Assembly: GCF_009914755.1 (NCBI RefSeq)
Contig: NC_060948.1
Strand: one strand, 5' to 3'
DNA from: the human T2T-CHM13v2.0 reference genome, Homo sapiens
Length of the DNA: 64,000 nucleotides
Below, piece by piece: positions 56,401 to 64,000 of this stretch. Under the pieces are notes generated by a model that was not told the DNA's origin, made no database searches, and saw only the letters and a program-made list of their open reading frames with translations. Position 1 is the stretch's first letter. Every line of letters begins with the position of its first letter. Both the position numbers and the translations under genes were made by a program.

Positions 56401-59400
56401 AGGAAAGGAATGGATTGGAATGGAATGGAATTCATTGGAATGGAAGGGAATGTAGTGTAATGGACAGGCCTGGAATAAAGTGGAATGCTACGGTCTCGAA
56501 TGGAATAAAAATGTATGGAATGGAATGCAATGAAACGGAATCGAATGTCATAGAATGTAATGGAATGCAAAAAAATGGAATCCAAAATCATTGACTGGAA
56601 AGGCTGGGTGTCGAAAGGAATTGACTCCAATGGAATGGAATCGAATGGAATGGAAGTGAATAGAATCGAACTAAATCGAATGGAATGGAATTGATAGGAA
56701 CGGAATGGAAAGGAATGCAATGATTTGGCATGGAATGGAATCGAATGGCATCGAATGGAATGGAATGCAATGCAATGGAATGGAATGTATTAGAATGTAA
56801 TGAACTTTAATGGAATGTACTCGAATGGATTCGACTGGAATGGAATGTTCTGGAAGTGAATGGACTCCAATGGAATGGATTCAAAAGGAATGGAATCGTA
56901 CGGAATGGAATCTAATGGAATGGAATTAAATGGAAATGAATCAAATTGAATAGCACGGAATTGAATTGAATGGAATGGAATGCAATGGAATCTAATGAAA
57001 CGGAAAGGAAAGGAATGGAATGGAATGGAATGGACTGGAATGGAAAGGAATCGAAACGAATGGAATGGAATCGAACTGAAGAGACTGGAATGGAATGCAC
57101 TGGAATGGAAGGGAGTGTAATGGAAGGTTGTCGAAAAAAATGGAATCGAATGGAATGGAATTGAATGGAACGGAATAGAGTCGAATGGAATTGAATGGAA
57201 TGGAATGGACTAGAGTGAAATGGAATCGAACCACAAGGAATGGACAGGAATAGAATGGTCTCGAATTGAATGGAATCGTATGGAATGGCATCAAACGGAA
57301 TGGAATGGACAGCCACGGAATGGAATGCACTCGAATGCAATGGAGTCGAAACTAATGGACTGGAATAGAATGGACTCGACTGGTACGGACTCCAATGGAA
57401 TGGAATCGAATGGAAGGGAATCGAACGGAAGGGAATCGAACGGAATGGACTCGAAGGGAAAAGACTGCAATAGAAAGGTCTCGAATGGAATGGAAATTAA
57501 TGGAATGGAATGGAATCGAATGAAATGGAGTCAAAAGGAATGGAATCGAATGGCAAGAAATGGAATGTAATGGAATCGCCAGGAATTGATGTGAACGGAG
57601 CGGAATGGAATGGAATCCAAAGGAATGGAATAGAATGGAATGGAATCGAATGGAAAGGACTCGAATGGAAATCACTCGAATAGAATGCAATTTAATAAAA
57701 TAGGATCAAATGTAATGGAATGGAATGGAAAGGAATCGAAACGAAAGGAATGGAGACAGATGGAATGGAATGGAACAGAGAGCAATGGTATAGAATGGAA
57801 TGGAATCATCTGGAATGGAATTGAATGGAATGGAATGGAATGCCCTTGAATTAAATGGACTGGAATGGAATGGACTCAAACAGAGTGGAATGGAAAGTGT
57901 TGAGATAGAATGGAATGAACTCCTTTGGAATGGTCTAGTAGGCAATGCAATCGACTGGCAGGGAATCAAAAGGAATGTAATCGAATGGATTGGACTGGAA
58001 TGCAATGGACTCGAATAGATTGGAAACGGAATGCAAAGGAATGGAATGGAATAGTATGGAATGGAATGGAAAGGAATGGAGTGGAATAGACTAGAGTGGA
58101 ATGGAATGGACTGGAAAGCAATGGACTGGAATGGAACTTTCTTGAATGGACTGGAATCAAACGGAATGGAATGCAATGCAATCAAATGGCATGGAATAAA
58201 ATAGAATGAAAGAGAATCAAATGGAATTGAATCGAATGGAATCGAATGGATTGGAAAGGAATAGAACGGAATGGAATGGAATTGACTCAAATGGAATGGA
58301 CTAGAATGGAATGGATTCGAATGGAAGACAAAGGAATGGAATCTATTGGAATGGACTGTAATGGAATGGAATGGAAGGGATTGGAATGGACTCGAATGGA
58401 ATGGACTGCAATAGAAAGGATTCGAATGGAATGAAAAAGAATTGAATGGAATAGAACAGAATGGAATCAAATCGAATGAAATGGAATGGAATAGAAAGGA
58501 ATGGAATGAAATGGAATGAAAAGGATTCCAATGGAATGCAATCGAATGGAATGGAATCGAACGGAATGGAATAAAATGGAAGAAAACTGGCAATAAATGG
58601 AATCGAAATGAATGGAGTGTTATGGAACGGACTCAAAAGGAATTGAATGTAATAGAATGGAGTGGAGTGGACTCGAATATAATGGACTGGAATGGAATGA
58701 AATCACATGGAATGGGAACGAATGGAATGGAATGGAAAGGAATGGAATCGAATGGAAAGGAATCGAATGGAGGGAATGAAATTGAATCAACAGGAATGGA
58801 AGGGAATAGAATAGACGGTAATGGAATGGACTCGAATAGAATGGACACGAATGCTCAAATTGAATGGACTCGAATGGAATGGAAACGAAAGGAATGTCAT
58901 CGAATGGAATTGAATCGATTGGAATGAAATCGCATAGAATGGAGTGGAATCAAATGGAATTGAATCGAAAGGAAAGGAAGCGAATGGACTGAAATGAAAT
59001 GGAATGGAATTGAATGGAAAGTAATGCAATGGAATAGAATGGAACGAAATTTCACGGAATGGAATCAAACTGAATGGAATCAAATCAATGGAATCAAATC
59101 AAATGGAATGGAAAGGAATTGAATGGAGTAGATTGGATTGGATGGGATTGGAATGAAATGTACTGGAAAGGACTCGAATTTCATGAAACGGAATGGAATG
59201 AATTGGAACGGAATGGACTCGAATGGAATGGAATGTCATGGGATGGCATCAAATGGAATGGCATCAAATGGAATGGAATCGAATGCAATGGAATGCTATG
59301 GAATGGAATGGAATGCATTGGAATGGAATGTCCTCTAATGGAATGGATTCGAGTGGAATGGAATTGAATATAATGGAGTCGAATGAAATGGAATTGAAAA

Positions 59401-59979
59401 GAATGGGATCGAATACAATGGAATATACTGGAATGTAACGTAATGAACTCGAATGTAATTGACTGGAATGGAATGTACATGAATGGAATGTAATCGAATG
59501 GAAAGTAATCCAATGGAATAGAATCTAATGCAATAAAATCGACTCAGATAGAGTAGAATGTAATGGAATGGAGTGTTGTGCAATGGAATGGAATGGAATG
59601 GAATGCAATGGAATGGAATGGAATGGAATGGGATGGAATGGTATGGAATGGATAGTAATGGACTGGAGTGAAATGGACTGGAAAGGAATGGACTCAAATT
59701 GAAAGGGCACGAAAGGAATGGAGTCAAATGGAATGGTCTGGAATGGAATGAACACGAATGTAATGCAACCCAATAGAATGGAATCGAATGGCATGGAATA
59801 TAAAGAAATGGAATCGAAGAGAATGGAAACAAATGGAATGGAATTGAATGGAATGTGAACGAATGGAGTGAAATTGTATGCAGTAGAAGAGAATAGAATG
59901 GAATGCAAGCGAAAGGAAAGGAATGGATTGGAATGGAATGGAATTCATTGGAATGGAAGGGAATGTAGTGTAATGGACA
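41423..59979 (+). repeat. Three short+long DYZ1 dimers (U13-U18: 2671+3513, 2641+3548, 2671+3513), a ~6.18-kb higher-order repeat
   Basis: GGCC at 41423, 44094, 47607, 50248, 53796, 56467, 59980; identical 903-bp deletion junction in U13, U15 and U17; identical 30-bp and 1-bp deletions in U14, U16 and U18. Confidence 0.92.
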
Positions 59980-62900
59980 GGCCTGGAATAAAGTGGAATG
60001 CTACGGTCTCGAATGGAATAAAAATGTATGGAATGGAATGCAATGAAACGGAATCGAATGTCATAGAATGTAATGGAATGCAACAAAATGGAATCCAAAA
60101 TCATTGACTGGAAAGGCTGGGTGTCGAAAGGAATTGACTCCAATGGAATGGAATCGAATGGAATGGAAGTGAATAGAATCGAACTAAATCGAATGGAATG
60201 GAATTGATAGGAACGGAATGGAAAGGAATGCAATGATTTGGCATGGAATGGAATCGAATGGCATCGAATGGAATGGAATGGAATGCAATGGAATGGAATG
60301 TATTAGAATGGAATGAACTTTAATGGAATGTACTCGAATGGATTCGACTGGAATGGAATGTTCTGGAAGTGAATGGACTCCAATGGAATGGATTCAAAAG
60401 GAATGGAATCGTACGGAATGGAATCTAATGGAATGGAATTAAATGGAAATGAATCAAATTGAATAGCACGGAATTGAATTGAATGGAATGGAATGCAATG
60501 GAATCTAATGAAACGGAAAGGAAAGGAATGGAATGGAATGGAATGGGCTGGAATGGAAAGGAATCGAAACGAATGGAATGGAATCGAAGTGAAGAGACTG
60601 GAATGGAATGCACTGGAATGGAAGGGAGTGTAATGGAAGGTTCTCGAAAAAAATGGAATCGAATGGAATGGAATTGAATGGAACGGAATAGAGTCGAATG
60701 GAATTGAATGGAATGGAATGGACTAGAGTGAAATGGAATCGAACCACAAGGAATGGAGAGGAATAGAATGGTCTCGAATTGAATGGAATCGTATGGAATG
60801 GCATCAAACGGAATGGAATGGACAGCCACGGAATGGAATGCACTCGAATGCAATGGAGTCGAAACTAATGGACTGGAATAGAATGGACTCGACTGGTACG
60901 GACTCCAATGGAATGGAATCGAATGGAAGGGAATCGAACGGAATGGACTCGAAGGGAAAAGACTGCAATGGAAAGGTCTCGAATGGAATGGAAATTAATG
61001 GGATGGAATGGAATCGAATGAAATGGAGTCAAAAGGAATGGAATCGAATGGCAAGAAATCGAATGTAATGGAATCGCAAGGAATTGATGTGAACGGAACG
61101 GAATGGAATGGAATCCAAAGGAATGGAATAGAATGGAATGGAATCGAATGGAAAGGACTCGAATGGAAATCACTCGAATAGAATGCAATTTAATAAAATA
61201 GGATCAAATGTAATAGAATGGAATGGAAAGGAATCGAAACGGAAGGAATGGAGACAGATGGAATGGAATGGAACAGAGAGCAATGGTATAGAATGGAATG
61301 GAATCATCTGGAATGGAATTGAATGGAATGGAATAATATGAAATGGAATGGAATGGAATGGAATGGAATGCCCTTGAATTAAATGGACTGGAATGGAATG
61401 GACTCGAACAGAGTGGAATGGAAAGTGTTGAGATAGAATGGAATGGACTCCTTTGGAATGGTGTACTATGCAATGCAATCGACTGGCAGGGAATCAAAAG
61501 GAATGTAATCGAATGGATTGGACTGGAATGCAATGGACTCGAATAGATTGCAAACGGAATGCAAAGGAATGGAATGGAATAGTATGGAATGGAATGGAAA
61601 GGAATGGAGTGGAATAGACTAGAGTGGAATGGAATGGACTGGAAAGCAATGGACTGGAATGGAACTTTCTTGAATGGACTGGAATCAAACGGAATGGAAT
61701 GCAATGCAATCAAAAGACATGGAATAAAATAGAATGAAAGAGAATCAAATGGAATTGAATCGAATGGAATCGAATGGATTGGAAAGGAATAGAATGGAAT
61801 GGAATGGAATGGACTAGAATGGAATGGATTCGAATGGAAGGCAAAGGAATGGAATCTATTGGAATGGACTGTAATGGAATGGAATGGAAGGGATTGGAAT
61901 GGACTCGAATGGAATTGACTGCAATAGAAAGGATTCGAATGGAATGAAAAAGAATTGAATGGAATAGAACAGAATGGAATCAAATCGAATGAAATGGAAT
62001 GGAATAGAAAGGAATGGAATGAAATGGAATGGAAAGGATTCGAATGGAATGCAATCGAATGGAATGGAATCGAACGGAATGGAATAAAATGGAAGAAAAC
62101 TGGCAAGAAAGGGAATCGATATGAATGGAGTGTTATGGAACGGACTCAAAAGGAATTGAATGTAATAGAATGGAGTGGAGTGGACTCGAATATAATGGAC
62201 TGGAATGGAATGAAATCACATGGAATGGGAACGAATGGAATGGAATGGAAAGGAATGGAATCGAATGGAAAGGAATCGAATGGAAGGGAATGAAATTGAA
62301 TCAACAGGAATGGAAGGGAATAGAATAGACGGTAATGGAATGGACTCGAATAGAATGGACACGAATGCTGAAATTGAATGGACTCGAATGGAATGGAAAC
62401 GAAAGGAATGTCATCGAATGGAATTGAATCGATTGGAATGAAATCGCATAGAATGGAGTGGAATCAAATGGAATTGAATCGAAAGGAAAGGAAGCGAATG
62501 GACTGAAATGAAATGGAATGGAATTGAATGGAAAGTAATGCAATGGAATAGAATGGAACGAAATTTCACGGAATGGAATCAAACTGAATGGAATCAAATC
62601 AATGGAATCCAATCAAATGGAATGGAGTAGATTGGATTGGATGGGATTGGAATGAAATGTACTGGAAAGGACTCGAATTTCATGAAACGGAATGGAATGA
62701 ATTGGAACGGAATGGACTCGAATGGAATGGAATGTCATAGAATGGCATCAAATGGAATGGCATCAAATGGAATGGAATCGAATGCAATGGAATGCTATGG
62801 AATGGAATGGAATGCATTGGAATGGAATGTCCTCTAATGGAATGGATTCGAGTGGAATGGAATCGAATATAATGGAGTCGAATGAAATGGAATTGAAAGG

Positions 62901-63518
62901 AATGGGATCGAATACAATGGAATATACTGGAATGTAATGTAATGAACTGGAATGTAATTGACTGGAATGGAATGTACATGAATGGAATGTAATCGAATGG
63001 AAAGTAATCCAATGGAATAGAATCTAATGCAATAAAATAGACTCAGATAGAGTAGAATGTAATGGAATGGAGTGCAGTGCAATGGAATGGAATGGAATGG
63101 AATGCAATGGAATGGAATGGAATGGAATGGAATGGAATGGAATGGAATGGAATGGGATGGAATGGTATGGAATGGATAGTAATGGACTGGAGTGAAATTG
63201 ACTGGAAAGGAATGGACTCAAATTGAAAGGGCTCGAAAGGAATGGAGTCAAATGGAATGGTCTGGAATGGAATGAACACGAATGTAATGCAATCCAATAG
63301 AATGGAATCGAATGGCATGGAATATAAAGAAATGGAATCGAAGAGAATGGAAACAAATGGAATGGAATTGAATGGAATGGAATTGAATGGAATGGGAACG
63401 AATGGAGTGAAATTGTATGCAGTAGAAGGGAATAGAATGGAATGCAAGCGAAAGGAAAGGAATGGATTGGAATGGAATGGAATTCATTGGAATGGAAGGG
63501 AATGTAGTGTAATGGACA
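59980..63518 (+). repeat. DYZ1 unit U19 (3,539 bp)
   Basis: GGCC 59980 to 63519; no 15-bp duplication; two private 15-bp deletions (~61800 and ~62620); several private substitutions. Confidence 0.9.
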
Positions 63519-64000
63519 GGCCTGGAATAAAGTGGAATGCTACGGTCTCGAATGGAATAAAAATGTATGGAATGGAATGCAATGAAACGGAATCGAATGT
63601 CATAGAATGTAATGGAATGCAAAAAAATGGAATCCAAAATCATTGACTGGAAAGGCTGGGTGTCGAAAGGAATTGACTGCAATGGAATGGAATCAAATGG
63701 AATGGAAGTGAATAGAATCGAACTAAATCGAATGGAATGGAATTGATAGGAACGGAATGGAAAGGAATGCAATGATTTGGCATGGAATGGAATCGAATGG
63801 CATCGAATGGAATGGAATGGAATGCAATGGAATGGAATGTATTAGAATGTAATGAACATTAGTGGAATGTACTCGAAAGGATTCGACTGGAATGGAATGT
63901 TCTGGAAGTGAATGGACTCCAATAGAATGGATTCGAAAGGAATGGAATCGAACGGAATGGATTCTAATGGAATGGAATTAAATGGAAATGAATCAAATTG
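63519..64000 (+). repeat. Partial DYZ1 unit U20, more divergent
   Basis: Starts at GGCC 63519; about 9 substitutions versus the other units within 63670-63970. Confidence 0.88.

Larger units (their letters stand above)
1..64000 (+). repeat. DYZ1: Human satellite 3 (HSat3) array, DYZ1-type (Yq12 heterochromatin), GGAAT strand on +
   Basis: The entire window is degenerate GGAAT pentamers (variants CGAAT, GCAAT, TGAAT, GGACT, AGAAT). Unique landmarks (ggctgggtgtcg, gacagccacgg, gcccttgaatt, gtcctctaat, caggcctgg) recur every ~3.56 kb. The first period is exactly 3,564 bp (aaagtgg at 1 and 3565), with single HaeIII and EcoRI sites, matching the known DYZ1 unit. The assignment comes from recalled properties, not a database search. 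Confidence 0.93.

Noticed and set aside
441-63772. Hundreds of 60-328 aa ORFs on both strands (MEWNG... and HSIPF... repeats)
   Set aside because: (GGAAT)n and (ATTCC)n contain no stop codons, so long open frames arise automatically. The peptides are direct translations of the pentamer, overlap in all frames and show no domain or gene structure.
1-64000. CRISPR-like repeat/spacer array or prokaryotic system
   Set aside because: There are no unique spacers, no constant direct repeat and no cas-like or other genuine ORFs; every apparently unique segment recurs in each 3.56-kb unit.
1-64000. Inversions, Alu/L1 insertions, DYZ2 (HSat1B), HSat2 or telomeric repeats
   Set aside because: I saw no ATTCC-oriented segment and no non-pentameric insert; the CATCATCGAAT-type HSat2 signature and TTAGGG runs are absent.

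Overview
The whole 64 kb window is one uninterrupted, single-orientation array of human satellite 3 (GGAAT)n. It is organised as a ~3.56-kb repeat unit with one AGGCCT (HaeIII/StuI) site and one GAATTC (EcoRI) site per unit, which matches DYZ1 of Yq12 heterochromatin. Measured between GGCC sites (3555, 7114, 10668, 12796, 16375, 19954, 23533, 27112, 30691, 34275, 37859, 41423, 44094, 47607, 50248, 53796, 56467, 59980, 63519), there are 19 units (U1-U19) plus a partial U20. Their lengths are 3564, 3559, 3554, 2128, 3579 x5, 3584 x2, 3564, 2671, 3513, 2641, 3548, 2671, 3513 and 3539 bp. I see no genes, RNA genes, transposons, DYZ2 or inversions, and every listed ORF is a translation artefact of the pentamer. 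I found no novel coding system. The interesting signal is structural and regulatory: (i) up to three perfect, in-register heat-shock elements per unit, with the number varying by subfamily; (ii) an emerging ~6.18-kb short+long dimer higher-order repeat with an exact 12,373-bp offset, built from recombinant units; (iii) microhomology-bounded 1,426-bp and 903-bp rearrangements that keep pentamer register; (iv) a recently homogenised 5 x 3,579-bp block; (v) a jump in divergence at the right edge. All comparisons were made by eye, not by alignment software.
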